Origin: a virus
Reading direction: 5' to 3' (one strand)
UHGV virus genome: UHGV-0385297
Length of the DNA: 64,000 nt
A program made the translations under genes and the position numbers. The notes under the pieces were generated by a model. That model worked only from the letters and a program-made list of their open reading frames with translations. It was not told where the DNA came from and searched no databases. Positions 1 through 10,108 of this stretch are shown piece after piece (positions within the stretch are counted from its first letter, which is position 1; every line of letters begins with the position of its first letter).

Positions 1-120
1 GGAAAAAAGTAGTCACTAAGACTTGTACGATTCCAAGTCACGGAACGGATATTTCAGCACCATTAGCGAAACGGTTAAGCAAGGAACATGATTTAGATTT
101 ATTTTAAGGAGGGAAAAGAA

Positions 121-519
121 ATGGCAGATTACAAAGTACGGTTAGTTGCTGGGCGGTATTGTCTGGCAGAAACAAAAAATAATTGGATTGTAGGTTGCGG
201 TTATAATCCAGACAGACCAGAAGGACAGCAGTGGGAGCAGGGTAAATATTTCTCTAAGGCAAATGGTTTAACTGGTCTCTTAAGTTTACACGAAGCAACG
301 GAATATATGTATAGTCGTCTGGACGAAAACTACATTCCAAGGGAAAGGTTAATCGAATTGGCAACACGGTTTAAGGACTGTGCCAATGGAGATGAGGATC
401 TTGAGTATGTAAAAGATGATATGGAAGACAACGAGCTTAAATTCTTTGAGATGGATGAGAAAACAACAGAAGATATGGAAATTGATGATGATATCTTGTT
501 AGAGGAGAATGATTTATGA
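121..519 (+). CDS. hypothetical protein (acidic C-terminus)
   Basis: ORF of 132 aa preceded by GGAGGG RBS; no recognisable motif. Confidence 0.5.
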   Translation: MADYKVRLVAGRYCLAETKNNWIVGCGYNPDRPEGQQWEQGKYFSKANGLTGLLSLHEATEYMYSRLDENYIPRERLIELATRFKDCANGDEDLEYVKDDMEDNELKFFEMDEKTTEDMEIDDDILLEENDL

Positions 520-791
520 TGCCTACATATTCATTAATCAATTATTTTGATGTATGGGGAAATGCAAAAGATGGTTGGGAAGTCAATAATCTCTGTACAG
601 AGAAAACTGGGATCACCATTACTGATGATGCGACCGATAAAGAGATTTTAGATTATCTTGTGCAGATTGGTTTTCTCGCTACATCTGATATGCGAAAGGT
701 AAAAATAGATACTACTGACGGTGACATGATGGAAATTTACGCAGTTAAAGGTATGCAGCCTTTAGGCAGATTGCAGAGGGAATGGAAATGA
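516..791 (+). CDS. hypothetical protein
   Basis: 91-aa ORF; ATGA start/stop overlap with upstream gene suggests translational coupling. Confidence 0.5.
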   Translation: MMPTYSLINYFDVWGNAKDGWEVNNLCTEKTGITITDDATDKEILDYLVQIGFLATSDMRKVKIDTTDGDMMEIYAVKGMQPLGRLQREWK

Positions 792-961
792 AAAAGAAAC
801 CACGGTGGAAAGATTTACCTTTTGATGAACGGATGGATAAGAAGTTAAAACAGCGGGGATTATCCGAAGAAACACGAGAAAGGGTAAAACAGAAAATTAA
901 AAAACGGAAACAATTAGTAGAAGCATAAAATTCGTGTTTCATTAGATTAGAGGTAAGAGAA

Positions 962-1186
962 ATGAATAATATTTTTGTGATTGATAAAACAACAAAATGC
1001 AATTTAGGAGTCCTTGATTTCACACCACGGATAGATGACAGGATTTCTATGAAAGCATCTGAAGGGAAAGAAATAGAAGTAGTAGTTGAGTGTGTATTAT
1101 ATGAGCCATTGGAACATGCAACATTGGTTTTTGTAAACATTGTCGAACCATATTACACAGCGTTAGTAAAAGCAATTAAATGGTAA
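962..1186 (+). CDS. hypothetical protein
   Basis: 74-aa ORF after GAGGTAAGAG RBS. Confidence 0.45.
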   Translation: MNNIFVIDKTTKCNLGVLDFTPRIDDRISMKASEGKEIEVVVECVLYEPLEHATLVFVNIVEPYYTALVKAIKW

Positions 1187-1257
1187 TAAAATTCGCATTT
1201 CATTAGAAAAAGGAAACAAATATGTATAGAGGATTCATTTGAAGATAGGAGGATATT

Positions 1258-1608
1258 ATGAATCTATATGATGGTTGCGAATCAAATAAGGAAATCATTT
1301 ATGGTTTTACTTCACTTGATTTTTACGATAAATTAGAAAAGCGACAAAATGAAATTTTATCACAAGGAAAGAAAGTTGTGTTTGTAGAATCAAATACAAG
1401 TGTTCATGCAGGTGCAAGAGTTGTTATATATTCTGATAAAATTCCTGAAATCATGCAGAATTATAAAAACAGATACGTCAAAATCAATGGAAAATGGACA
1501 AGAAATAGTCTTCTTGGATATTGCGATCGCTGTGGAAAGTATACAGAACTTATTTGTTTGAGCGATAAAGGAAGAACATGTGAAAATTGTTCAGACTGGG
1601 ATTTCTAA
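1258..1608 (+). CDS. hypothetical protein with C-terminal Cys4 cluster (CDRCGK...CENC)
   Basis: 116-aa ORF, AGGAGG RBS, CxxC..CxxC motif. Confidence 0.5.
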   Translation: MNLYDGCESNKEIIYGFTSLDFYDKLEKRQNEILSQGKKVVFVESNTSVHAGARVVIYSDKIPEIMQNYKNRYVKINGKWTRNSLLGYCDRCGKYTELICLSDKGRTCENCSDWDF

Positions 1609-1644
1609 TAAATCTAAGATTTCTTTGAAAGGAGCGGAGCGAAA

Positions 1645-1860
1645 ATGACAAGTGTTGAAAAGTCAAAAGAAGATGCACGGAACTTAAATGAACTTATGGA
1701 TCATCTGATTAAGCTGATCGAATCGGATGACATGCGGTTCTCATTTGAATTTTGTGCAGGCGGTATAATGGGAATTTATGACAAAGAAAAAGCAATCGGT
1801 TATGCCGTTCACATTGCACCGATTGAATATGACGAAGATGGAAACGCAACAAATTTATAA
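1645..1860 (+). CDS. hypothetical protein
   Basis: 71-aa ORF with GGAGCGGAG RBS. Confidence 0.45.
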   Translation: MTSVEKSKEDARNLNELMDHLIKLIESDDMRFSFEFCAGGIMGIYDKEKAIGYAVHIAPIEYDEDGNATNL

Positions 1861-1927
1861 GCAACCGCAAAGGCAGTTAGGAGAATAAATACCTAGCTGC
1901 TTATTTTATTACAAGGAGGAATGAATT

Positions 1928-2338
1928 ATGTATGATTTTACAAAAAACGAAATGGAAATTGTTAAAGACAACTTGATGTCATTTATTGCAAACTTTGGTA
2001 AACCACGGATTAAGCGTGGAGATGATGGCGAAAGTTTCTATGTATTCACTGATGATTCAGATTCATGGAGACATTATTGTTATAACATTGATTATCTGAA
2101 TGGATGGTTATACGGATGTGTGCAAGCAGTTTGTGGAAATCCAAAGCGAGATAAAGAAATGAGAGAAATGTGTGATAGTGCAGGTTTTAGAGAAAGATAT
2201 GCAATCTTGTATGGTGAAAGAGGAGTGAAAAATATTAGTGGTCATAAATGCTATGTATTCACATACTCAGAAGATGACGAATACCAGGATGCAAACGGAG
2301 CACTTTATGACACAGTAACAAAAAGTTGGAGAGGTTAG
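1928..2338 (+). CDS. hypothetical protein
   Basis: 136-aa ORF with AGGAGGAATG context. Confidence 0.5.
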   Translation: MYDFTKNEMEIVKDNLMSFIANFGKPRIKRGDDGESFYVFTDDSDSWRHYCYNIDYLNGWLYGCVQAVCGNPKRDKEMREMCDSAGFRERYAILYGERGVKNISGHKCYVFTYSEDDEYQDANGALYDTVTKSWRG

Positions 2339-2347
2339 AAAGGTTGG

Positions 2348-2761
2348 TTGATTAGTATGAAATATGTTCCGAGAAATGAATATTTTGATTTGATTAGAAA
2401 ACTTGGTGTAAAGAAAACAGAAAGTGAATATGAGATTACAGATTTAGATTTATCTGTATATCCATTAAATGAAGATACAAAACGGATTGCAAATGTAAAC
2501 TTTATGGAAGAGACAAAAGATAAAAACGGGAATTATATGCTAAGTGGGCATTGGATGTCTGATTTAAGTTATCAGTTCGCAAAGAAATGTAAATTTGATT
2601 TAGTTCAGGTAGATGGATATAGTTCGTATGCTTATTCGGATGAACAGATGGCTGTGTTTACATATACGGAGGGTGATATTTATCTCACATTGTTTACTGA
2701 TAAAGCGAAATATGAAGCTGAAAAGGAAAGAACGATTAAATTTTATGAGGAGAAATATTGA
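2348..2761 (+). CDS. hypothetical protein
   Basis: 137-aa ORF; the 17-nt initiation region TGATTAGTATGAAATAT is shared with the gene at 3093. Confidence 0.5.
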   Translation: MISMKYVPRNEYFDLIRKLGVKKTESEYEITDLDLSVYPLNEDTKRIANVNFMEETKDKNGNYMLSGHWMSDLSYQFAKKCKFDLVQVDGYSSYAYSDEQMAVFTYTEGDIYLTLFTDKAKYEAEKERTIKFYEEKY

Positions 2762-2762
2762 T

Positions 2763-2924
2763 ATGAAAAAGAATACGGAATTATGTATAAGAGACAAAAA
2801 TGGATATATTGTAGGCTGGGAAGCTGGGTATTCAGATGATGAATTAAAACAATTGCTAGAGCGACATAAAGACGAAGGATGGCATATAAGTTATGCAGAA
2901 TATACAGAAGGAGGATTACGATAA
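2763..2924 (+). CDS. hypothetical small protein
   Basis: 53-aa ORF (MKKNTELC...) from an internal ATG of the listed 2613 ORF; fits non-overlapping gene packing. Confidence 0.4.
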   Translation: MKKNTELCIRDKNGYIVGWEAGYSDDELKQLLERHKDEGWHISYAEYTEGGLR

Positions 2925-3103
2925 TGGCTTATAAAAGAAAAACAAAGGATTGTTATGCAATCGAAGGGAATTGTGGTTACGGATGGGATATTGAATGTAA
3001 TTGTGAAGATAGAGCAGATGCAAAAGCACAGTTGAAGACATACAGAGAAAATGTAAATTATCCTGTGCGAATTAAGAAATGGAGAGAAAGGATTGATGAT
3101 TAG
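2924..3103 (+). CDS. hypothetical small Cys-rich protein
   Basis: ATG at 2924 after GAAGGAGG RBS (MAYKRK...). Confidence 0.45.
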   Translation: MAYKRKTKDCYAIEGNCGYGWDIECNCEDRADAKAQLKTYRENVNYPVRIKKWRERIDD

Positions 3104-4064
3104 TATGAAATATACAATAGACACATTAAGAGAGATTAACGCAAGATTTTGTGGTTCGCATATACTTATGAATTACGATGTAGATAAGGCAAATATGTAT
3201 GTCGAACTTATAAAAAATACACGATCTGAAAAGACTCCAAGTGTAGGTGATTGCGTTAGATATACAAATGAATATGGAGATTACTATGGAGCAGCTCATA
3301 TTGAAAAAGCAGATGCGAATGAAGTTTATATCTGTGAACAACCATATACACCTTTTGTTTATGAATATGAAGGCAGAATCAGTTGTAATACAAGTGGTGG
3401 AGCATGGACACATTTACCAACAAGAGAACTGAAATATATAGGTAAAATTGAAAAGAGATTTTGTGATTGGGGTAATTGTGGAGGCTGTGCAGATGGTGCT
3501 ATTGATTTTATAGCAGAAGTAAGTTTATGGGAATATGTAGATAGTAAAAATCCTTTTGTAAGTGAAAATGGATATAAGTTCACAACAAAGGATTTTGATA
3601 AACAGTATATATCATTCAATCCTAAAGATGATTCACCTTATGTATATTTTGGAGAAGGTTGTGTCTGGAAAAGTAAAACAGATTTATATGCTTATCTGAG
3701 AACATATAGAGCAGAAATTTTCAAAGGACATTGGCAGAATCAGTTCATTGTGTGGACTTGGAAAGAGAAACAGCATCATATATCACCAACGGAATTTGAT
3801 AGTCTTAAATTAGAAGAAGATACATTCCTGATGAATGGTGACATCATGAGATGTAAAAGAAAATATGATGAAATTACCCATACTGTACACACATATTATG
3901 TTTGGTATTGGGACGATCCAACTAAAGACTTCTTTGAGGCAAGTGCAGAACAGAATAAAATAAGAGAAAAATATTATACACTTGATAGAAAAATTCCAAC
4001 ATATATTGTTGCAAGAGAAGAATTAAAGTCTGGAATTGAAATTCCAAAACATAAGGAGGTGTAA
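3093..4064 (+). CDS. hypothetical protein
   Basis: 323-aa ORF; Cys cluster CDWGNCGGC; no family recognised. Confidence 0.55.
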   Translation: MMISMKYTIDTLREINARFCGSHILMNYDVDKANMYVELIKNTRSEKTPSVGDCVRYTNEYGDYYGAAHIEKADANEVYICEQPYTPFVYEYEGRISCNTSGGAWTHLPTRELKYIGKIEKRFCDWGNCGGCADGAIDFIAEVSLWEYVDSKNPFVSENGYKFTTKDFDKQYISFNPKDDSPYVYFGEGCVWKSKTDLYAYLRTYRAEIFKGHWQNQFIVWTWKEKQHHISPTEFDSLKLEEDTFLMNGDIMRCKRKYDEITHTVHTYYVWYWDDPTKDFFEASAEQNKIREKYYTLDRKIPTYIVAREELKSGIEIPKHKEV

Positions 4065-4068
4065 TAGT

Positions 4069-4434
4069 ATGCAAATTCTTGATAAAGCCATTACACCAGA
4101 TGGAATAGAAATTGAGCTTAGAGATTTAAGTGGAAAACATAAACTGCCAGATTATAACGGATTGGTAATTGTCTTTCGTACAATTGCAAAGAAAACATTT
4201 CCACCTAATCTTGGATGGTATGCAAAAAAAGGCAAAGAATTTCGGTCATGTATTTGTTGCTATAAAAATTATACATCAGATATGTTAAAGGCAGATTATG
4301 AGAAATTAAAAAATGGTACAAAAACTCTTGCAGATTTGAAATCATATTTTTGGAATGGAAATAGAGATTGTTATGTACTTGGGTTGGAATGGAGTAAAAG
4401 TTATGCTGAAAACATTAAAGGAAATGTTAATTGA
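4069..4434 (+). CDS. hypothetical protein
   Basis: ATG after AAGGAGGTG RBS (MQILDK...). Confidence 0.5.
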   Translation: MQILDKAITPDGIEIELRDLSGKHKLPDYNGLVIVFRTIAKKTFPPNLGWYAKKGKEFRSCICCYKNYTSDMLKADYEKLKNGTKTLADLKSYFWNGNRDCYVLGLEWSKSYAENIKGNVN

Positions 4435-4636
4435 AGCGGGTTATCCTGAAAGCGAAATGTATCATCCTTCGTATGGATCTGATTTGTATGTATATGTAAC
4501 ACCGCTTACAACAAAGGTAATTGAAGAATGGTGTAAGGCACATGATTACAGAATGGCTTGGCATTGTCCTACATTTAAAGACCAGATAACAGGCAAAATG
4601 ATGTATGATTGTGCATTTCAGTGGTATGAAAATTAG
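4403..4636 (+). CDS. hypothetical protein
   Basis: ORF MLKTLKEM...; start uncertain, overlaps upstream gene end. Confidence 0.4.
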   Translation: MLKTLKEMLIEAGYPESEMYHPSYGSDLYVYVTPLTTKVIEEWCKAHDYRMAWHCPTFKDQITGKMMYDCAFQWYEN

Positions 4637-4674
4637 CAGATAGGAGCGTGATTATATGGCATATTAAGATTTAA

Positions 4675-5160
4675 GTGAAAGGAAGAACCATGATGAATTT
4701 GCAGGTACTTGAAACGGTAAAAACTGAATATATAAAACTCAGAGATAAATACCAGAAGAAAGCAATAAAAGAGCGTGAAAAAGTAAACGATGTGTATGTG
4801 ATGGTATGTGGAGAGAAATGTTATACAGAATCAGAAATAAATGAGTGGTATGCATGTGACTATATTACTTGTGAGCAGTCGAATAAATTCATTGAAAAAC
4901 TCAATAAGAAAAAAGCCACAGCAGGAGAAATGAAAAACTCAATGACAGAGAGCGAAATGATTTGCAGAATCATAGATAATAGCATTTCAAATCTGAATCA
5001 GGAAGTTCATGATATCAAGGTAAAGCAGAAACGGGAAGCAGAAAAAGAAGAACGGTGGAAAATAGCACAAGCCCAGGGATGTTCCTACAGGGAGTTTTTA
5101 GAGTTGGAAGAAGTAAACAGAAGATCAGAGGAATATGAGAAGCTTATGGGCTTAAACTGA
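4675..5160 (+). CDS. hypothetical coiled-coil protein
   Basis: 161-aa K/E-rich ORF. Confidence 0.5.
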   Translation: MKGRTMMNLQVLETVKTEYIKLRDKYQKKAIKEREKVNDVYVMVCGEKCYTESEINEWYACDYITCEQSNKFIEKLNKKKATAGEMKNSMTESEMICRIIDNSISNLNQEVHDIKVKQKREAEKEERWKIAQAQGCSYREFLELEEVNRRSEEYEKLMGLN

Positions 5161-5170
5161 AAGTTAAGAT

Positions 5171-5368
5171 TTGGAGATAGAGATGCAGAAGAAAGATACA
5201 TACACCAGAGAAGAAGTAATTGAGATGTTGACAGAGATGCAAAAAGAAACAGCACACACTAATGGATTTTTCGCCGGACACGTCACTCAGTTATGGGTTA
5301 TCAGAACCATGCTTGGTAAGAGAATTGCGGAACTGGGCGGCGAAGGCATCCAGGTCACAATCGTATAG
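5171..5368 (+). CDS. hypothetical protein
   Basis: 65-aa ORF. Confidence 0.4.
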   Translation: MEIEMQKKDTYTREEVIEMLTEMQKETAHTNGFFAGHVTQLWVIRTMLGKRIAELGGEGIQVTIV

Positions 5369-5436
5369 ATGGAATTTGAATTGTAGTAAATTATAATTTT
5401 CGCCATAAAAGTAAAATAGAAAATCGAGGGAAAAGT

Positions 5437-5658
5437 ATGAATAAAACTATTGAAATTACACCGAAACTAGAAAAAAGGATAGTTGATTTTTGTGATGATG
5501 AACTTAATTATCATATCAATGAGTGTGCATATGGTTGCATTGAATACAAAAATGAGATTCTGGCACAATTACAACTGCTAAATCTTTTAGGTTATACGGA
5601 AATGAGTAATGAATACAAAAGACAATACAAAGAATGTTTGGCAGAAAATCATAAATGA
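5437..5658 (+). CDS. hypothetical protein
   Basis: 73-aa ORF after GAGGGAAAAG RBS. Confidence 0.45.
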   Translation: MNKTIEITPKLEKRIVDFCDDELNYHINECAYGCIEYKNEILAQLQLLNLLGYTEMSNEYKRQYKECLAENHK

Positions 5659-5700
5659 TTTTAGATACATTGAAATTGTAATTTCTTAGGAGGTAAACAA

Positions 5701-6009
5701 ATGGTAAAATGGATTATTGTTCACACCAATTCAGATAATGGATGTATAGAATTTAAATTATTTTATGGTACGGAAATTGAAGTGCGACAATTATTAAAAT
5801 CAATGGCCGTAAAAAGCGATATCATAACTAACTTTACAGAAAAAATGGATAAAGACGAAGCCGATATTTATGAAGAAATTTCAGATATGATTGATGATCA
5901 GGGTTTTGATCCAAAAAATAATACATATACAGTTATGGTGAGTGATCAATATGGAGAATGTGATGAAGTGTTTACGGCAATTGAGTTAGACAACATTAAG
6001 ACAGTATAG
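5701..6009 (+). CDS. hypothetical acidic protein
   Basis: 102-aa ORF after AGGAGG RBS. Confidence 0.5.
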   Translation: MVKWIIVHTNSDNGCIEFKLFYGTEIEVRQLLKSMAVKSDIITNFTEKMDKDEADIYEEISDMIDDQGFDPKNNTYTVMVSDQYGECDEVFTAIELDNIKTV

Positions 6010-6034
6010 AAATATATTTTAGGAGAATAACTAA

Positions 6035-6068
6035 AGGCAGATGCAGAAATGTGTCTGCCTTATTAAAT
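6035..6068 (+). terminator. putative rho-independent terminator
   Basis: hairpin AGGCAGA...TCTGCCT followed by TATTAAAT. Confidence 0.45.
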
Positions 6069-6090
6069 AGGAAAGGATAAGTAAAATACT

Positions 6091-7263
6091 ATGTTAAAAT
6101 TTAAACTTAATGCAAGAGAACTCAAAGAAATGATGGAAAAGGCAGCAACAGTAATTAATAAGAAAAGTTGTCTTCCAGCGTTATCACGGTTATATTTCCA
6201 GATTGATGAGAACGAACATCTTAAAATCTGGGGTACAAATATGGAGCATTGGTTAGAAGTGAGAAGCGAAAATATTTATGACACACAGCCAGGAGTTGTA
6301 GGAATTGATATTGAAGATATGAAAATCATTTCTAAGATGTCAGGAGAAATTACATTTGAAGACATTACTAAGGATGCAGACGCAAAGATTAGTATTAAAT
6401 GTGGAAAGAAAAATGTAACGATTCCTAGATATACAAATACAGATATTTTCTTACCAAGTATGGATGATACGGAAACTAAAATTCTTTCTGTTAAAGAGAA
6501 TTGGTTACTTGATACAGTATCTAAATTAGTTGTATTCACTGCGGCGGATGATAAAAACAAGATGATGCAGGTTTTTAACTTTAACACAAAAGATAAACGA
6601 GTAGAAGCGCTTGATGGTCATAGAATTGGAATGAGATCACTTGATACCCAGAAGATTTTTGTTACAACGGAAAACCCATTTGAAACAGTAAAGCTTCATA
6701 ATATGTGTGTTCCTGTTTTTAAAAAGGTAATGAGTAAGAAATCAGAAAGAGAAATTGATATTTACCAGGATAAAAAGTATATCAGAGTAGAAGGCAATGA
6801 TTTTACTTATGTGACTAGAAGAATTAATGGAGAATATTACAAAGTAAAATCAATGTTACCTACAAATGAGCTTTTCAGATTTAAACCAGATAGAGAAGCG
6901 TTCTTAGAGGCAATGAAGTACGATTCTGATTTAACAAAAGATATTACAATTCCAGTTGTATTACATAGCGAAAACGGAAAGTTATATTCATACATTAAAA
7001 CAGCAAGATATGAAGCATTTGATACTTTTGATACAAAAGAAAATACAATGAGTAATGATATTTATATTGGATTCAGACCAACATATTTAACAGATGTATT
7101 TTCAATCGCAGATGCAGATGAACCTGTATGTGCAGGAAGCAAGGACATAAATCCATTAATGATCTATGGAAATGAGTATAGTTTTCTTCTGCTTCCGGTA
7201 AATATTAGACAGGATAAAAACAAGATCATTGATGCAATCAAAAAGAATATTGAGAGGAATTAG
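6091..7263 (+). CDS. DNA polymerase sliding clamp (DnaN/beta-clamp-like)
   Basis: 390 aa; N-terminus CLPALSRLYFQIDENEHLKIWGTNMEHWLEV parallels DnaN TLPILGNLLLQV..LSLTGTDLE; size fits a three-domain clamp. Confidence 0.6.
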   Translation: MLKFKLNARELKEMMEKAATVINKKSCLPALSRLYFQIDENEHLKIWGTNMEHWLEVRSENIYDTQPGVVGIDIEDMKIISKMSGEITFEDITKDADAKISIKCGKKNVTIPRYTNTDIFLPSMDDTETKILSVKENWLLDTVSKLVVFTAADDKNKMMQVFNFNTKDKRVEALDGHRIGMRSLDTQKIFVTTENPFETVKLHNMCVPVFKKVMSKKSEREIDIYQDKKYIRVEGNDFTYVTRRINGEYYKVKSMLPTNELFRFKPDREAFLEAMKYDSDLTKDITIPVVLHSENGKLYSYIKTARYEAFDTFDTKENTMSNDIYIGFRPTYLTDVFSIADADEPVCAGSKDINPLMIYGNEYSFLLLPVNIRQDKNKIIDAIKKNIERN

Positions 7264-7301
7264 GTAGCGAAAGCTACCTGATTTCATATAAGGAGAATGA
7301 T

Positions 7302-7499
7302 ATGGAAAAATATAGAATGGTTCAGGGAATTGGTTTGTACTGGAATCGCCGTTGGGAAATTCAGAAAAGATATACATATTATGAAAGAAAACACGGAGAA
7401 TTAAAGGAAATCATCGGCTGGCATATGGTCTTTTGGTCAAGTAATAAAGAGAGATGTGAAGAAGTGTTTAAGAGGTACATGGACGAGGAGGACGAATAA
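7302..7499 (+). CDS. hypothetical protein
   Basis: 65-aa ORF after AGGAGAATG context. Confidence 0.45.
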   Translation: MEKYRMVQGIGLYWNRRWEIQKRYTYYERKHGELKEIIGWHMVFWSSNKERCEEVFKRYMDEEDE

Positions 7500-7500
7500 T

Positions 7501-8475
7501 ATGACCATTGAAATGCTAGAAAATAGAATTGATGAGATTTTAAAAAATATATTCTACGTAAATGAAGATGGTGGCATTGAAATTTACACAGATTACAGAG
7601 ATAGGGAATTATCAGATAGTTTTTTAAAAAAGATATTTGAGCATGATAATCCAAGAGAAGCATTTAATGATGAATTGGCTGAATGGGCCGATGATTATGA
7701 ACAGAATTATGGAGAAAATGAATTAGAAAAAGATATCCGTAAAGAGCTAACAGAAGAAGAGGAAGAATATTTTACAGAACATTTTGATGAAATCCGAGAA
7801 TATGTAAAAGAAAATACATATTTTTATTATGACGCAGATGATTTTAATAATGAAGTAAAAGTAAATATCATGGTAGATTGTGGTAATTGGAATTATGATT
7901 GTGTTTGTGATAATGTGCTGAATTGGTATGGAAATTCAGGAGATGGAAACATTGATAAAGAGTCGTCTATGCTGTGGTTAGCAAAAACACAAGGTAAAGC
8001 AACTGCATTAAGAAAAGCTTGTAAACAAGTACATAGGGATGACGGATATTATGTAGATAGAGATAAGAATAAAGACAAATTTATTGAAAGCTGCATACAG
8101 GAATTTGAAAATCTTCCATCACATATGGCAACTGTAACATTTCTTGTAAAAATGCCGTTATTTGATTTATTTGATTTAATCGAATTACAGAATAAAGAAT
8201 ATGACGAAAAAGGAAAATATGATCCACGAAAGAATGAAAAATCAAAATCTTATATAGTTCTTGGAAAAGAAACAATGTGTGGGTTATATGATACTTGGTC
8301 TGGCGGTGGTTCTGTATTAGAAGTAGAACTGGATAAGGATGTTAAACTTCCTATTAAATATGCAATCTTTTGTGTAGAGGGATGCAAAATGCATGGATAT
8401 GATATTGATGAAGTTTATGGGCTGATTGATAGTTGTTGGAAAGAAACAGTAAAGGAAATAAAAGAGGTTGCATAA
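7501..8475 (+). CDS. hypothetical acidic protein
   Basis: ATG at 7501 after GGAGGACG RBS; about 324 aa. Confidence 0.55.
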   Translation: MTIEMLENRIDEILKNIFYVNEDGGIEIYTDYRDRELSDSFLKKIFEHDNPREAFNDELAEWADDYEQNYGENELEKDIRKELTEEEEEYFTEHFDEIREYVKENTYFYYDADDFNNEVKVNIMVDCGNWNYDCVCDNVLNWYGNSGDGNIDKESSMLWLAKTQGKATALRKACKQVHRDDGYYVDRDKNKDKFIESCIQEFENLPSHMATVTFLVKMPLFDLFDLIELQNKEYDEKGKYDPRKNEKSKSYIVLGKETMCGLYDTWSGGGSVLEVELDKDVKLPIKYAIFCVEGCKMHGYDIDEVYGLIDSCWKETVKEIKEVA

Positions 8476-8522
8476 AACCTGATGAAAGAACGGTTTTAAG
8501 AATAGAAAGTGAGGAAGATATT

Positions 8523-8924
8523 ATGAGATACTACGAAACAAAAATTGGAAAGATTATTGAAGAAGAATTTGATCCACGGATGGGTAATGCAGTATTTGCT
8601 TATATAATGAGCAACGGAATCGATGCAATTAAAGAATATACGGATGAAGAAATTGCCAAAATCAAAGGCAATGTATTATGCACAGCGGAGTTCAATCAGT
8701 CATTAGTTAGATGTGCTAGAAGAATCTGTAGGGAATGTGAATGGATTGAGATGATCGAATTTATTCGGCTGTACTTATGGTGTACTCCAACGGTACATGA
8801 TGTGTATCTGTATAGAGAAGATTTTACAGAAGAAACTTTTGCAGAATTATTAAATTCACTTGACTTAGAAGATGAAGATGTAGGAAGCGAAATCAAATTG
8901 TTTGCAGTTGTTGATAAAGAATGA
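8523..8924 (+). CDS. hypothetical protein
   Basis: MRYYETKIG... after GAGGAAG RBS. Confidence 0.5.
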   Translation: MRYYETKIGKIIEEEFDPRMGNAVFAYIMSNGIDAIKEYTDEEIAKIKGNVLCTAEFNQSLVRCARRICRECEWIEMIEFIRLYLWCTPTVHDVYLYREDFTEETFAELLNSLDLEDEDVGSEIKLFAVVDKE

Positions 8925-8948
8925 ATTTGGAATTGAGGTGGAAAGTGA

Positions 8949-9293
8949 ATGAGATATTTAACCTATTATAAAGAGTATCCAATATATGAGCCAGCAGAAG
9001 GCGGATATTATTACGCTGGAAATGAAGTAGCACAAAGCGAAAGAATGTCAAAGCGGAAATGTAGGTCACGTTTCAATGAAATATGGAAAGAATGTGAAAA
9101 GGAAAACATCGAAAATGGATTTACAGAAGATGTAGATTGGGCAGAGGTTTATAACCGAACTGGAATTCATCCATGGATTAAATTTGGTGATAATTGTATA
9201 TACAAAGAGTCAAATTATGTTGGCCAAGGCGAAAGTTATGTAATCGAAAGAAAACTTGGAAGTCAAAGAAAAGGTTGGGAACCATATTGTTAG
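8949..9293 (+). CDS. hypothetical protein
   Basis: 114-aa ORF. Confidence 0.5.
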   Translation: MRYLTYYKEYPIYEPAEGGYYYAGNEVAQSERMSKRKCRSRFNEIWKECEKENIENGFTEDVDWAEVYNRTGIHPWIKFGDNCIYKESNYVGQGESYVIERKLGSQRKGWEPYC

Positions 9294-9305
9294 GAGGGAT
9301 ACAAG

Positions 9306-9494
9306 ATGACAAGATGCTATATTTGCGGAGTTTCCGATGAAAATGTTCCCAATTATCAGCAGACATACAAAGGTAAAATAAATGGAAAGCCAAGACGGAA
9401 AACAATTCGAATATGTAATTGTTGTGGTGCTTGGTTGTCATATGAAGATATAAGAGAAAAAGTTTCAGAAAATCGTGGATGGGATCAAGAATAA
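9306..9494 (+). CDS. small zinc-ribbon protein
   Basis: CYICG...CNCCG Cys4 pattern. Confidence 0.45.
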   Translation: MTRCYICGVSDENVPNYQQTYKGKINGKPRRKTIRICNCCGAWLSYEDIREKVSENRGWDQE

Positions 9495-9685
9495 ATGGAG
9501 ATGTGGTAATTATGATGACAGAAGAGAGATTTAAACGGACGAGCTGGAAGATGTCTTATGAAGAATATAAAAAGTGTTACTGTCCAGGCTGCAACAGAAA
9601 GGATTGCCCACATAGAGAGGCGTTCAGAAGAGTACCTGTTATTGACGGTGGCTTGGGCCTGTGTCCAAACTTAAATGGAAAATAA
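9479..9685 (+). CDS. small Cys/His-rich protein
   Basis: CYCPGCNRKDCPH motif. Confidence 0.45.
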   Translation: MGSRINGDVVIMMTEERFKRTSWKMSYEEYKKCYCPGCNRKDCPHREAFRRVPVIDGGLGLCPNLNGK

Positions 9686-9703
9686 AACAATGAGAGAATA
9701 TAT

Positions 9704-9735
9704 AAGAGGTAGAGAAATCTGCCTCTTATTTTATT
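9704..9735 (+). terminator. putative rho-independent terminator
   Basis: AAGAGG-loop-CCTCTT hairpin followed by ATTTTATT. Confidence 0.5.
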
Positions 9736-9746
9736 GGAGGGAAAAT

Positions 9747-10106
9747 ATGAAAGCGTATAAATTGTTACGAAAATTGTCAGATGGGAAATTATATCCGCTA
9801 TTCATTCATAAAACATATTCAACACCATTTAATGAGTGGATGCAGGCGGAATGCTATCCAACAAAGGGGTTTGCAGTACGGAAAGGATGGCATTGTACAA
9901 TTAGGCCTGAAGCACAACATTTGTCAATGCAGTTAGCAAATGGAGAACAAAGAGTTTGGTGCGAAGTTGAAATAGAGGATTATCAGTTCTACGAAAGACC
10001 TAAATGCCAGGGTGGGACATGGGCTTTGGCACAGAAAATGAAAATTGTAAAAATTCTAAGCGAAAATAAGGTTAAAGAAATATTAAATAAAAAGGAGACG
10101 GAATAG
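9747..10106 (+). CDS. hypothetical protein (target gene of the HNH insertion)
   Basis: MKAYKLLRKL... after GGAGGG RBS; its C-terminal 45 aa have a diverged second copy at 10859-10999. Confidence 0.6.
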   Translation: MKAYKLLRKLSDGKLYPLFIHKTYSTPFNEWMQAECYPTKGFAVRKGWHCTIRPEAQHLSMQLANGEQRVWCEVEIEDYQFYERPKCQGGTWALAQKMKIVKILSENKVKEILNKKETE

Positions 10107-10108
10107 AA

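Noticed and set aside
745-1140. Minus-strand ORFs of 60-160 aa throughout the window (745-1140, 6276-6587, 10560-10802, 29867-30175, 33334-33825, 53255-53593, 55318-55653 and others)
   Set aside because: All lie antisense inside well-supported + strand genes, lack RBSs, have low-complexity or hydrophobic AT-codon-driven compositions and break the otherwise uniform + strand operon structure. Treated as shadow ORFs.
2613-2924. ORF 2613-2924 (103 aa) overlapping the 3' end of gene 2348-2761
   Set aside because: Its first 50 aa are out-of-frame overlap with a better-supported gene. The internal ATG at 2763 gives a non-overlapping 53-aa protein consistent with local gene packing.
9675-9746. N-terminal extension MENKTMREYIRGREICLLFYWREN of ORF 9675-10106
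   Set aside because: This stretch is the stem-loop and T-tract of a terminator (AAGAGG...CCTCTTATTTTATT). The real start is ATG 9747 after GGAGGG.
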